Source of the DNA: an uncultured archaeon
GTDB taxonomy: Archaea > Thermoproteota > Nitrososphaeria > Nitrososphaerales > Gagatemarchaeaceae
Assembly (NCBI GenBank): GCA_963799775.1
Contig: CAWCYD010000002.1
Location: forward strand, 128,001 to 192,000
Length of the DNA stretch: 64,000 nucleotides
Direction of reading: 5' to 3'
The translations under genes and the position numbers were made by a program. The notes under the pieces were generated by a model, which ran no database searches, had not been told where the DNA came from, and saw only the letters and a list, made by a program, of their open reading frames with translations. Shown piece by piece: positions 19,485 through 29,558 of the stretch. Positions within the stretch are counted from its first letter, which is position 1; every line of letters starts with the position of its first letter.

Positions 19485-20989
19485 ATGAGCAGCGGTCCGG
19501 ACGGTCCTTCACAGAGTGCAAGTGTCGCAACTCCTGTCCAGGCGAGCGCTCCGAAGGACTCGAAATACCCGACTAGAGTGCTGCTCTGCGTCACTGCGGT
19601 CGCGCTGCTCGTCAACTACGTCGAGACGATGGTCATCCCGGGAGTGCCCGCGATACAGAAGGATTTCGCGACCACGGCAACGATCGCTTCCTGGATCACG
19701 TCTGCGTTTTTGATAGTGGGGAGCGCCGTGGCACCCCTCTTCGGAAAGCTCGGCGACACTTACGGCAAGAAGAGGATGATCCTGATCTCCCTGGTCTTCT
19801 ACACGTTCGGGGTCGGGATCGCGGGCTTCTCCCCTTCCATCTACTTCCTTCTCTTCGCACGCGCCATCCAGGGAATGGGGTTCGCGATCGTGCCCCTAGG
19901 CCTGGCCCTCATCACGGACGTCTTCCCTCGAAACAAGATAGCGCAGGCCCAGGGCATCATCAGCGGGGACACTTCGCGATTGGCGCCGCGGCAGGCCTTA
20001 TCTTGGGCTCAGAGGTCGTCCAGCAGCTGGGCTGGCAGTACGCCTTCCACAGCGCCTTCGTCCTGAGCATCATCCTCTTCGTCCTCGTCCTCAGGGTCAT
20101 CAAGAGGGACTCCCCCGGCCCGAAGCGGAAGGTGGACTACCTAGGGGCGCTCATCCTGATGTCCGGGGTAACTCTCCTCCTCGTGTACGCCACCGAGGGC
20201 CCCTCGCTCGGTTGGCTGAGCGGCGAGGAGCTGGCTTTCCTGATACCCGGGATCATCCTCACCATGTTCTTCTTCTACTTTGAGACGAAGCGCGCAGAGC
20301 CGCTCATCCGTCTGGACCTTCTTCGGATTAGGAACGTCCTCGTCGCCAACCTGGTCGGGTTGGTCTCAGGCGTCGTGATGTTCCTGCTCTTTTTCGCTGT
20401 CATCTACTACGCCGAGTTGCCAGCGCCCTTCGGCCTCTCTTTGGCCATAACCGCGACCGGCTTCACGATGGCTCCCGCGACGCTGGCGATGCTCGTCGCC
20501 GGGCCGCTCGCAGGACGGTCTGTAGGCCGCTTCGGTCCCAGGCCCATCCTCTTCTTGGGCGCCTTGTCGATGGGCTTGGGCCTGGTTCTCTTCATCTTCA
20601 ACAGGGCGACGACAGTGGACCTCTCGGTTGACCTGGTCTTCGGGCTCGTAGGGATCGTCTGCACGATCATACCCATAGTCAACATGATTTCCATCTCCCT
20701 GCCCCGCGAGACGATCGCAGTAGGCCTAGGAATCAACACGATGCTCCGCAACCTCGGGGGCGCCATCGGGCCTGTGCTCGCCACAGCAATAATGGCGAGC
20801 TACACCTCTCCCTTGATCCAGAGCATCGGAGGTCACAACGTCACCGTCGCTCAGCTCCCGAACGCAACGGCATTCAACATCGTCTTCGGCGTGGGTATAG
20901 TCCTGACCGTAATCGTCTTCCTCCTCAGCTCCCTGGGAAAGAACTACACCTTCAAGCAGTCTTCCCAGCCCTCAAATCCTCAAGCGTGA
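19485..20989 (+). CDS. MFS drug:H+ antiporter-like transporter (indel near 19970)
   Basis: GKLGDTYGKKR motif A, ARAIQGMG, many TM segments. Confidence 0.9.
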
Positions 20990-20992
20990 CTA

Positions 20993-21010
20993 ATTCCCAA
21001 CATTGGGAAT
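20993..21010. promoter_or_regulatory. perfect palindrome, candidate operator
   Basis: ATTCCCAA-CA-TTGGGAAT in an AT-rich intergenic region upstream of TATA-like CTTATAG and TTTAATA. Confidence 0.4.
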
Positions 21011-21257
21011 GATTCCTTCAAGACCTTATAGAGCAATGCTCCATAACGTCTTTAATATTCGCAAACGAACCAGAATCTGCTATCGAAGGGAGTAGGGTTG
21101 CGGAGGAGTGGACGGAAAGGATCCCGCCTCCGCGCTCGCCTCTCTGTTCTTCAGGAACCTGATATTCTCTCTAGACCAGCGATTTTCCCCAGGAAAGGCC
21201 GGAAGACAACTGGACCGGCCAGCCCCGGGGGAGCAACATGGACACACAGCCCGTGAG

Positions 21258-21428
21258 CTACTTCTTCGCTGACTTGGACTCGGCGGCCGAAAGAATCCTG
21301 TAGACGTTGATGCCGGTCACCGCGCTCTTTCCCTTCACAGCGTAGCGGCCGTTCTTCATCTTGACTACTTTCGGGTCCACGACCTTTACCTTCTTCTTGG
21401 CCTTGACGTCATATGCAGTGTAGTCCAT
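21258..21428 (-). CDS. small basic CC1/DUF5679-like protein, probable chromatin protein (56 aa, not in ORF track)
   Basis: MDYTAYDVKAKKKVKVVDPKVVKMKNGRYAVKGKSAVTGINVYRILSAAESKSAKK; TATA-like ATATATAG at 21451-21458 on the minus strand. Confidence 0.8.
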   Translation of the reverse strand: MDYTAYDVKAKKKVKVVDPKVVKMKNGRYAVKGKSAVTGINVYRILSAAESKSAKK

Positions 21429-21555
21429 GGTTGTTACATGGATTCCGAGACTATATATGATTTATGTTACAAACGAGTCAAATGTTAATAGCAATTCAAG
21501 GCTCGTTTTTCTGTAGCCTCAACGCTCAATTACGCTCCGAACATACTGCCTTGGC

Positions 21556-22026
21556 ATGGCGGGCAACGCCGAGTCGCTGACGAGGGACGAGAAGATCAAG
21601 AACCTCATAACGAATCACACGCTGATATTCATGGGCATGTTCGAGGAGGCTTTCTCGACGATAGCAGAGAAGCTCACCGAGACGATGTCGCTGGCTGGCT
21701 CGGCGATAGCCGATGCAATTGCGGGGTCAGGAACCGGTCAAGAGATCAAGGAGATGGCGAAGGCCGACATCGCTCCTGAGGTCAGAAGGGAGATTGAGCG
21801 GGCCTTCTCCGAGATCCGTGAAGAGATGGCTTCCCAATGGCCGAAGAACCCTGAGGTGTTCAATCGATACATCTCCAACCCTGATTTCGACAAGGGGATA
21901 TTGATCGTCGAGAAATTCGACTTTGGAAGGCCGAAAATCACCGAGAGATTGGACGACCAGGTCCATGGCTTCCTACATCTTCCTGCTAAAGGGCGGGGAC
22001 AAGAAGCTGTCAGAGATGTTCTCTGA
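21556..22026 (+). CDS. hypothetical helical protein (probable C-terminal indel)
   Basis: Long ORF with host-like codons; no motif recognised. Confidence 0.55.
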   Translation: MAGNAESLTRDEKIKNLITNHTLIFMGMFEEAFSTIAEKLTETMSLAGSAIADAIAGSGTGQEIKEMAKADIAPEVRREIERAFSEIREEMASQWPKNPEVFNRYISNPDFDKGILIVEKFDFGRPKITERLDDQVHGFLHLPAKGRGQEAVRDVL

Positions 22027-22359
22027 GCTAGCAGACTGGCAGAAAGCGCTGCCGAGGCCTCCTTGGGCCTCATGATCTCTATTTGTCGTTCGCGGGTGCG
22101 GGAGTTCGTCCCTATCTTTAAGACCAGGGGATGGTGCATCCCTGGCCGGAATGAACCAATTTGTAGTGTTCATGCTCGCGATGGGGGTAGCGATGCTCGC
22201 TGTAGTCGTGATCATCGCCCTCGCCCTTACCAGCGGACCTCTGATCTAGGTCACGGTCTAGCAGACCGGGAGCGATAGATGCTTCAGGATAATCGGAACC
22301 TTCGTTAGAGCCGGGTCTCGCTTAAGTAGCAGTCTCCCCCTTTCTACAAAGCCTTCTCG

Positions 22360-22836
22360 TTGGTAGACAGCACCGACCTGATAATCGCCACCTCGGTCGC
22401 CCAGACAGTGGTCATAACGCTCACCCTCGCGGTCTTCATCTTCCAGTTTCGCAGTCAGGAGAAATCGATCCGGGAGGCTGCCGTCCAGAACGTCATGGGG
22501 CGCTACACGGACTATGTCAGGATGCTGGTCGAAAAGCCGGAGCTCTCGCGGCTCCTTACTCTCAATGCAAGGGTCCAAGGTGGTCAGCTAGAGAAGCTCT
22601 CTCCCGAAGAGGAGACGGTGCAGGCTTACGTCCTCTTGGGATACGGGATCTTTGAGGAGATCTTCACGCTCCACAAGAGAAAGTGGATGGACGACGAGAC
22701 GTGGGAGCAGTGGTCGTCATTCCTCGAGAGGATGGCAGAGCAGCCGACGTTCAAGCGGGTCCACAACTTCACCCAAGGGACCTTCGACAAGGACTTCCAA
22801 GACTACGTCCAAAAGATCATCGACGGGAAGAAATGA
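22360..22836 (+). CDS. hypothetical protein, N-terminal TM plus helical domain (DUF4760/DUF6082-like)
   Basis: TM helix, then FEEIFTLHKRKWMDDETWEQW...TFDKDFQDYV. Confidence 0.55.
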   Translation: MVDSTDLIIATSVAQTVVITLTLAVFIFQFRSQEKSIREAAVQNVMGRYTDYVRMLVEKPELSRLLTLNARVQGGQLEKLSPEEETVQAYVLLGYGIFEEIFTLHKRKWMDDETWEQWSSFLERMAEQPTFKRVHNFTQGTFDKDFQDYVQKIIDGKK

Positions 22837-22883
22837 GCGCACTGGTTAATATCTGGGGGCCCTTCTAGGCTCTTCGAGTTAGC

Positions 22884-23318
22884 ATGAAGCCACTTCCAGA
22901 CTCCGTCAAGACACTCATCGAGGCGAAGACCTTCGCGAACGTCGCGACGCTGATGCCCGACGGCTCGCCACACGTGACACAGACGTGGGTGGACCACGAT
23001 GGGGACATCGTCCTGATCAACACGAACGAAGGCAGCCAGAAGTACAAGAACGCTCTGAGGAACCCGAAGATCGCCCTCGACGTCTGCGACCCCACGAACC
23101 CGTACCACATGGCCGTGATCCGCGGCCGGGTCAGCGCGGTCACCTTCGACGGGGCCGAGGAGCACATCGACAAGCTAGCCAAGAAATACCTGGACGTCGA
23201 CAAGTATCAGAACAGGCAGCCGGGGGTCAGGAGGGCGCTCATCAAGATTGAGCCGACGCACGTGGTCGCGCCCTGGACCGACAATCCTCGCTGGAAGGCC
23301 TGGCAGAACAAGCAGTAG
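22884..23318 (+). CDS. PPOX-class F420-dependent oxidoreductase
   Basis: VATLMPDGSPHVTQTW, KYKNALRNPKIAL, IDKLAKKY. Confidence 0.88.
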   Translation: MKPLPDSVKTLIEAKTFANVATLMPDGSPHVTQTWVDHDGDIVLINTNEGSQKYKNALRNPKIALDVCDPTNPYHMAVIRGRVSAVTFDGAEEHIDKLAKKYLDVDKYQNRQPGVRRALIKIEPTHVVAPWTDNPRWKAWQNKQ

Positions 23319-23366
23319 TGAGAAACCGCGGCCAAAGCGGCCGCTTGGATTCTTGGGTCGATCGCT

Positions 23367-24940
23367 CTACGAGAAGGTCTTGATGAGCGGCCAGACAGAC
23401 GCGAGGCTCTGAGACGGATTCGTGGCCACATAGACTGGCAGGTTGTCCTCGGTGGTCATGCAGTAGGTGCACGTGACCGTGGCAGCGAGCGTGACGTTCC
23501 TGTAGAGCTTCTCCAGCTGAGTGGCGTTCACACCGACCGTGATCAAGACGGCCCCGCAGGAGCCTGGCCCCCAGATGTAGTAGTTGTTGTGGCCGCTTAT
23601 CACAGGGGGCAGCTTGTCGGACTTTCCAAGAAATGTCAGTGCGCTCGCCTCCCCGTAGTTCGAGGCGAAGATGCAGCTCGCAGACTGCTCCGAGAGTGGG
23701 AGGGAATCGTAGACCTGGGCGATGGTCGCGGTCATCGTGTCCCAGCCGAACCGGTCTCCCAGGTACTGGGGGAACTGCCCGGCGTTCCCCTGAGCTGAGG
23801 CTCCGTTGGCGGCTCCTGTGAGCGCAGAGTACGACCCGACGAAGGTGCTGGGAGGCAGCAGCGGCATCTCAAGAGGGGCGAGAAGTATCCCGCTGAGGAC
23901 GAGGGCGATGAGCATCACCTTCGGAACCCAACGGCGAGGCTGCCCTAATTTCTGCGAGGCGAGGACTGAACCGGCAGAGATCAAGATAGGATACGCGGCT
24001 TCGTAGAAGTATGGTTTGGCGTTGATGACCACGAAAAGCACGAACAGAAAGACGAGCGCGACGCCGAACAGCCGATACGAGGCCCCTTCTCTGCTGCGCA
24101 GCAGGAAGTAGAGCCCTAGGAACACCAGTGGGATATTGACCGGGTTCGCCACCAGGATCTGGGTCACGACGAAATCCAGGGTGTCCTCCCCGCTCAGCCC
24201 GCCGTGGTGGATGTAGAAGTCGACCGTCGGCCACCCGGTGCTAGCGTTCCAAACGATGTAGGGGAGAAGAAAGACGAAAGCGATGAGCGCGCCCATCAGG
24301 AACCAGCGCGAGCGCAACCGGCTGCGAGCGCTCGTCGACGCGATTCCGACAAGCAGGGCGAGGAGGAAGAAAACAATCGTGAGCTTCGTGAAGAGCCCTA
24401 TCCCGGCAACCAGCCCGAACGCGACCCAGAGCCTTGGGTTGTCTCGACGGACGAGCCTGATCAAGATGTAGGCGCCGAGGGACCACCATAGCGCGTCGAG
24501 TATGTCCATGGAGAAGATCGATGCCATCGCGAGTTGGGCCGTGACCAAGGTGCCCCACTGCCGCAAGCGATTGCGCCCAGACGTTCCCTCCGAGCTCTCT
24601 CGCGATCAATCCGGCCACAATGACGAGGGTCGCTCCTGCGAGGGCCGGCACGACGTGGATCGCGACGAGGTTGTCCCCGGCGAGCCATCCCGTCAACGCC
24701 CCGAGGTAGGCCATCATCGGAGGGAAGTCCACGTAGCCGGCCTGGAGGTGCTGCCCGCTTACGATGTAATAGAGCTCGTCTCGGAAGTAGCCGTAGTTTC
24801 CAGCCACGGCCATGTGCACAAGGAAGTTGATCGCACCTATGGTGAGAAGAAGACCAACTATTTCGTTGGGCCTGGGGAGACAGCTCCAGAAGACCGCGCC
24901 GTCTCCTGGCGACGGTCAAGGCGCACCCATCGCTTCTCAT
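23367..24940 (-). CDS. GT-C glycosyltransferase (family 39/ArnT-like), indels
   Basis: YGYFRDELYY...GYVDFPP, GLFTKLT, KPYFY, DRFGW, SNYGEASAL, SGHNNYYIWGP. Confidence 0.85.
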
Positions 24941-25065
24941 GGAGGGGCGGACGATTTAGGCTTGACCGATGGGGGACTCGACAGCAATACACCCACTCCA
25001 AGGACTCAGTGAGCGGCGAACTCTGCGATTATGGAAATCCATCTCTTCGTCGAGCTTTCGGCCCT

Positions 25066-26996
25066 TCAGCTCAGGCCCATCTTCTTTAGGAACGTCACGT
25101 ATCTCGCGTCGTCTCTGACAGGGTCCATTCCAACGGAGTTCTTGATGTCCATGAGGCTCTTGTCCTTCTTCTGATATGACTCTTCAAGCCACTCGAACCC
25201 CTTGTCGATGTTCCCCAAGAAGAAGCAGAGCTGAGCCATCTCGAACCTCGAAGTGAAGGACTCGCCGAGGTGACCTTCGAGCTTCGATAGGAGTCGCCTC
25301 ACGGCCAGTTTGTCTCGCTTCAAGAATGCCAACCACGCATCGGCATCTTCCCCTATGTGAGGATAGGGCAGCCTTTCAGACTCTTCACGACCATGTCCAG
25401 CTCCCGCTTTGCCTCGTCGAACATCTTCAGCCTTCCATAAACGAAAGCAAGCGCCTCTCTGCCAAAGGGAGACGCGGGACTGAGCGCTATCGCTTGCTTG
25501 TAAACCTGCAAGGCCTTCCTGTAATCTCTTCTCGAGTCATAGTAGTGTGCGAGGTTCAGGTTGATTACCAGCGATAGAGGATCAAGCTCGACCGCCTTCT
25601 CGAGGTGCTCGATCGAATCACTCCATCTCTGCTCTGAACGCAGCAGCTGTCCATACCACATGTGGGCAGGCGCATAGCTGGGCTTTAGCTCGATGGCCCT
25701 GCGGTATTGTCTCTCTGCCCCTCTGAAATCGAAATCACTTGAGAGGACGAGGGCCTTCGACGCGTGGGCTTCCGCGAGTTCTGGATCGAGCTCGAGGGCC
25801 TTCGTGACCATCTTGCTCGCCTTCAAGTGGTTGGCCTGCCTCTCAACGCCCCAATTCACCGAGAGCAACTCATGGCAGTCGGCTAGTCCAACATACCCCA
25901 ACGCGAAGTGGGGGTCGGCCTTGATCGCGCGCTCGAAGAGCTTCGCGGCCTTCCTTGTGTCCTCGAGCCCCCTCTTGTTGAGGAAGCTCCTACCCTTCAG
26001 GTACAAGGTGAACGCTCTTGAGCTCTCCGTCGGCTTCTTCCTGATCCTGTGCATCTCCGGCGAGAGTATCTTGACGCGGAGCGCTTCGGCGACGTTCTTT
26101 GCGATGTCCGACTGGACGGCGAACACGTCGTCCAGCTGCCTGTCGAACGTCTGCGCCCAGAGGTGCCTGTCGCTGGCGACGTCGATCAGCTGCGCCGTGA
26201 TCCTGATCTTGTTCCCGGCCTTCCTGAAGCTCCCTTCCAAGACCGACCCTACCTCCAGCTCCCTCCCTATCTCTCCCACCCTCTTCGTCGTGCCTTTGTA
26301 GCCCATGACCGACGTCCTTGAGATCACGCTTAGGTTGCTAATCCCCGCCACGGTGGAGATGATCTCGTCCGTGATCCCGTCGGCGAAATACTCGTCGTTG
26401 GGATCTGGGCTCATGTTGGCGAACGGAAGCACGGCGATCCGCTTCTGGTCAAGGCCTCCAGAGTGCCTAGTCTTCTGCTCCCAAGGCATCGTCATCCTGA
26501 ACACCTCCACCGCCGAGCTCACGTTCTTCAGCGACTTGGTCCCGAGGCTGGTGAGGGGTAGCTCGAACTTGTTCTGCACCTGGTCGTAGACCTGCCGCGT
26601 CATGCAGACGCCGCCGTCCTCCGCGAGCCCCACGATCCTCGACGCGACGTTCACCGCGTCTCCAGAGATGTCGCCCTGGGAACTCACGACGTCCCCCAGG
26701 TGGATGCCGATCCTGAGCTGGATCCTCCTATCGTCGGGCTGCGAGATGTTGTACTCCCTCACGTTCCGCTGGATGTCATACGCGCATCTCACCGCATCGA
26801 GGGCGCTCGGGAACTCGACGAGGAACGCGTCGCCCATCGTCTTGATCTCGTTCCCATAGTGCTTCTTGAGGATCGGACGGATTATCTTCCGCTGTCCGTC
26901 GACGAGCATGAGAGAGAGGGACTCGTTCCTCTGCCCTAGGGCGGTGTACCCGACCAGATCCGTGTACATTATCGCCGCTAGCCTACGCTGACTCAA
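25066..26996 (-). CDS. class III adenylate cyclase + TolB-N-like + TPR protein (indel near 25360)
   Basis: AIMYTDLVGYT, IKTMGDAFL, RIGIHLGDV, DISGDAVNVASRI; IAVLPFANMS...EYFADG; TPRs ALELDPELAEAH. Confidence 0.9.
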
Positions 26997-27095
26997 CAGA
27001 TTCTACGTGTTGATTGTTTGCCGGCTTTGATAAATCCATTTTGGGGTAGCGGCGGCCACAGACTGTGAGTTATTTCTCACAAAGGCGCTCTAGTT

Positions 27096-27317
27096 CTACG
27101 CCCTTCGCGAGTAGACCGTCTCAAATCCGTCGGAGCTCTTGACCACGGACCCTTCTGCCATAAGGCCCTCCAGCGCCGCCACGAGGTCCGAATATCTTCC
27201 GCCGGTGGCTGACGCGAGCTCCAAGAAGCCCTTCTTGAGGCCTCCCTCAAGCTCGCCCATGACCTTGAGCTTGAGTCTGGAATTGCCGCTGTTAATCGAG
27301 TCTGATGTCGTGACCAC
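27096..27317 (-). CDS. small winged-helix-like protein
   Basis: FLELASATG...LVAALEGLMAEGSVVKSSDGFETVYS. Confidence 0.55.
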   Translation of the reverse strand: MVTTSDSINSGNSRLKLKVMGELEGGLKKGFLELASATGGRYSDLVAALEGLMAEGSVVKSSDGFETVYSRRA

Positions 27318-27413
27318 GGCGTCTGGCTCAGATTCGAACAGGAGGTGTAGAATTATAAGTCTTGTTCAGCGCTCTGCGTAATCCGTAGGTGGCCACCTTC
27401 TCGGGAGAAGACG

Positions 27414-27436
27414 TGTGGTCGGTGAGCCTTGAACTC
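27414..27436 (-). repeat. degenerate copy of the tRNA-Pro 3' end (att-like scar)
   Basis: TGTGGTCGGTGAGCCTTGAACTC vs TGGGGTCGGTGAGATTTGAACTC (27903-27925): 20/23 identical, same orientation. Confidence 0.75.
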
Positions 27437-27441
27437 CCTAT

Positions 27442-27819
27442 TCAAGCAGCAATCAGGGCCCCAAGAGTTTTCCTTTTCGTGACCATCTCTTCGAGTATGT
27501 AGCGGTGGCACGGCACGCCTGATTTCTCGTAGCAGAGCAGAGTCACGTTGGCTTTCCTACTCTCTTTCTTCAAGGCGCGGAGTGTCGGCATGCTCGAGGG
27601 ATTCGCCTTGAGCTCCGCGATCAACTCTGACTTGAAGGTCTCCCAACCCTTCTCCTTTGAGCGATAGGCTCGAAGAAGCTCGCGACTGGGCGAGAGCTCC
27701 CTCGCCCATCGGTCGAATCGACTCTTCTTCACACCCCTGGGGTAGAAGCGGGTGACAAGCACCCTCGCTCCATCATCGTCTGCCTTCGGCTCGTAGATGG
27801 ACTTGGTCTTCAGTGTCAA
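27442..27819 (-). CDS. DUF488 (YeaO-like) protein
   Basis: KSIYEP...DDGARVLVTRFYPRGV, LSPSRELL, VTLLCYE...CHRYIL. Confidence 0.88.
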   Translation of the reverse strand: MTLKTKSIYEPKADDDGARVLVTRFYPRGVKKSRFDRWARELSPSRELLRAYRSKEKGWETFKSELIAELKANPSSMPTLRALKKESRKANVTLLCYEKSGVPCHRYILEEMVTKRKTLGALIAA

Positions 27820-27902
27820 CTTCGATTCTCCTGAGGGGTTATTCGATGGGCAGGCATCCGGCCATCATCCAAGTATCGGCTTACCAATTAGAATAGGAAT
27901 GA

Positions 27903-27995
27903 TGGGGTCGGTGAGATTTGAACTCACGGTCTCTCGCAATTTGGATCGTTGAGGTTCCCCAAGCGAGAATCTTAACCAATCTGGACTACGACCCC
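27903..27995 (-). tRNA. tRNA-Pro(GGG) with canonical 37/38 intron (27939..27956, 18 nt)
   Basis: GGGGTCG TA GTC CAGATTGGTTAA GAT T CTCGC TT GGG G^intron^T GCGAG AGACC GTGAG TTCAAAT CTCAC CGACCCC A; BHB central helix TTGG/CCAA. Confidence 0.95.
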
Positions 27996-28194
27996 AGCTA
28001 GGCCCCGCGTCCGAAAGGACGTATACATGCTTATCGCATCCCAATTGGCACACGCTCGAAAGAAGCGCTAGGACGGCCACCGCTTGCGGGTCTCGGGGGC
28101 CATCTTGGCGGCCTCGGCCAGTCCGCCCTACAAAAATATCGGACGTCCAATATGCTTTTATCTGATGTGCGGTATGGGACGTGCGATAATAGCC

Positions 28195-28593
28195 ATGCCT
28201 GTCAAAGTAGCACAAAAGACCGAGATACCCCCGGGGACGATGAAGCGGGTCGCTGCGTTCAAGGAACACGTCCTACTCTCCAACGTCGCGGGCAAGATAT
28301 ACGCGACCCAGGACGACTGCGGCCACCAGAGAGCGAGCCTCTCCAAGGGGGCCTTGGAAGGCAGGATAGTCACCTGCCCTCTCCACGGGGCAAAGTTCGA
28401 CGTGGTGACCGGCAAGAACGTCGGCGGCGTCCAGATGCGAATGTCGCCAGAGCTGATGCAGAAGCTTCCTCAGGAGATGATAACAATGTTCCAGAGGACG
28501 AGCGAGATAGTCTCGGCAATCGAGATCCGACCGTTGAAGCGATACAAGGTGACCATCAAGGGAGATTCCATCTACCTGGACCGGAGGGCTTGA
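28195..28593 (+). CDS. Rieske [2Fe-2S] ferredoxin with helical insertion
   Basis: CGH...CPLH ligands. Confidence 0.88.
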   Translation: MPVKVAQKTEIPPGTMKRVAAFKEHVLLSNVAGKIYATQDDCGHQRASLSKGALEGRIVTCPLHGAKFDVVTGKNVGGVQMRMSPELMQKLPQEMITMFQRTSEIVSAIEIRPLKRYKVTIKGDSIYLDRRA

Positions 28594-28986
28594 GTTTGTC
28601 GAACCTGAGCCTCCCCCAGACGAGTTTTGTCACCGTAGCCGACGAGAAAGACGTCCACGAAAGGGTCGATGCTTGGAGTGGCCGTCGCAGGCACCGCGAT
28701 ATTGTTGTGCAAGAGCGGTGGTAAGATCTACGCGATGGACGCGGTTTGCTCACACTACAACGGATATCTCCCAAGGGGGGAGTTGACCACGGGATATCTC
28801 GCCGACGGAAACGTGAAAGACCGCGTAGTGGTCTGTCCGGTCCATAAGGCACAGTTCGAGGTCGCAACGGGCAAGGTTGCGAAGAACGTCCCGGGCCTTC
28901 TCAAGCTTGCGACCCACAGGGAAGCTACCGACCTTCGCACCTACGAGGTCCAGGTCGTCGACGGCGGCGTCCAAATAAAGGTCTGA
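28590..28986 (+). CDS. second Rieske [2Fe-2S] ferredoxin (indel near 28663)
   Basis: CSH...CPVH ligands; N-terminal FVTVADEKDV in another frame. Confidence 0.85.
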
Positions 28987-29001
28987 TGAGTCTGACGCGA
29001 G

Positions 29002-29301
29002 ATGGCCCTCCAGCTATTCCTCATCTGGTATTTCGTGATGGGCTTCCTGCTGGGGAACGGGATGCCGCACTTCGCCTTCGGCTCCGCGGGCAAGGTCTTC
29101 AGGAGCCCGTTCGGCCAGAAGTCCTCTCCTCGCACCAACGTGCTGTGGGGCCTATCGAACTTTCTGCTCGCGACGCTGATCGCCGCTGGCCTGATAGCAC
29201 TGAACCTCTACAGCAGCTACGCGCTTGTCGCCCTGCTGATCGGGTTCTGGCTGACGGCGCTCATGTTCGGGACGGGCATCAAGAGGTTCTTGAACGAATG
29301 A
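29002..29301 (+). CDS. small membrane protein
   Basis: NGMPHF...FRSPFG...SS...NVLWG; 3 TM segments. Confidence 0.7.
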   Translation: MALQLFLIWYFVMGFLLGNGMPHFAFGSAGKVFRSPFGQKSSPRTNVLWGLSNFLLATLIAAGLIALNLYSSYALVALLIGFWLTALMFGTGIKRFLNE

Positions 29302-29332
29302 CCGCGACCTTCGACGACGGAGGCTTGACCTG

Positions 29333-29545
29333 ATGGCCGCGGCCAGGTGGGCCAGCATCATCGTGGGGCTTCTCCTCGTGCTCTTCGGGACGGTCTTCGC
29401 CCTGCAGGGCGCCAATGTCCTCAAGGACAGCCCGGTGATGAGCGGGAACTCTGCCTACATCTACGTCGGCGCGGCGCTCGTCGTGGTCGGGCTCATTCTG
29501 ATCGTCGTGGGCGCGGCTCGGAAGCCCTCCCAGCAGACCTCCTGA
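29333..29545 (+). CDS. small two-TM membrane protein
   Basis: GTVFALQGANVLKDSPVMSG. Confidence 0.7.
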   Translation: MAAARWASIIVGLLLVLFGTVFALQGANVLKDSPVMSGNSAYIYVGAALVVVGLILIVVGAARKPSQQTS

Positions 29546-29558
29546 GGGCCGATCTGCG

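Noticed and set aside
21205-21240. GCCAG-CCCC-GG-GGG-AGCAAC resembles SRP RNA helix 8
   Set aside because: Lacks CAGG and the GGAA tetraloop, and there is no room or Alu domain for a ~300-nt archaeal SRP RNA.
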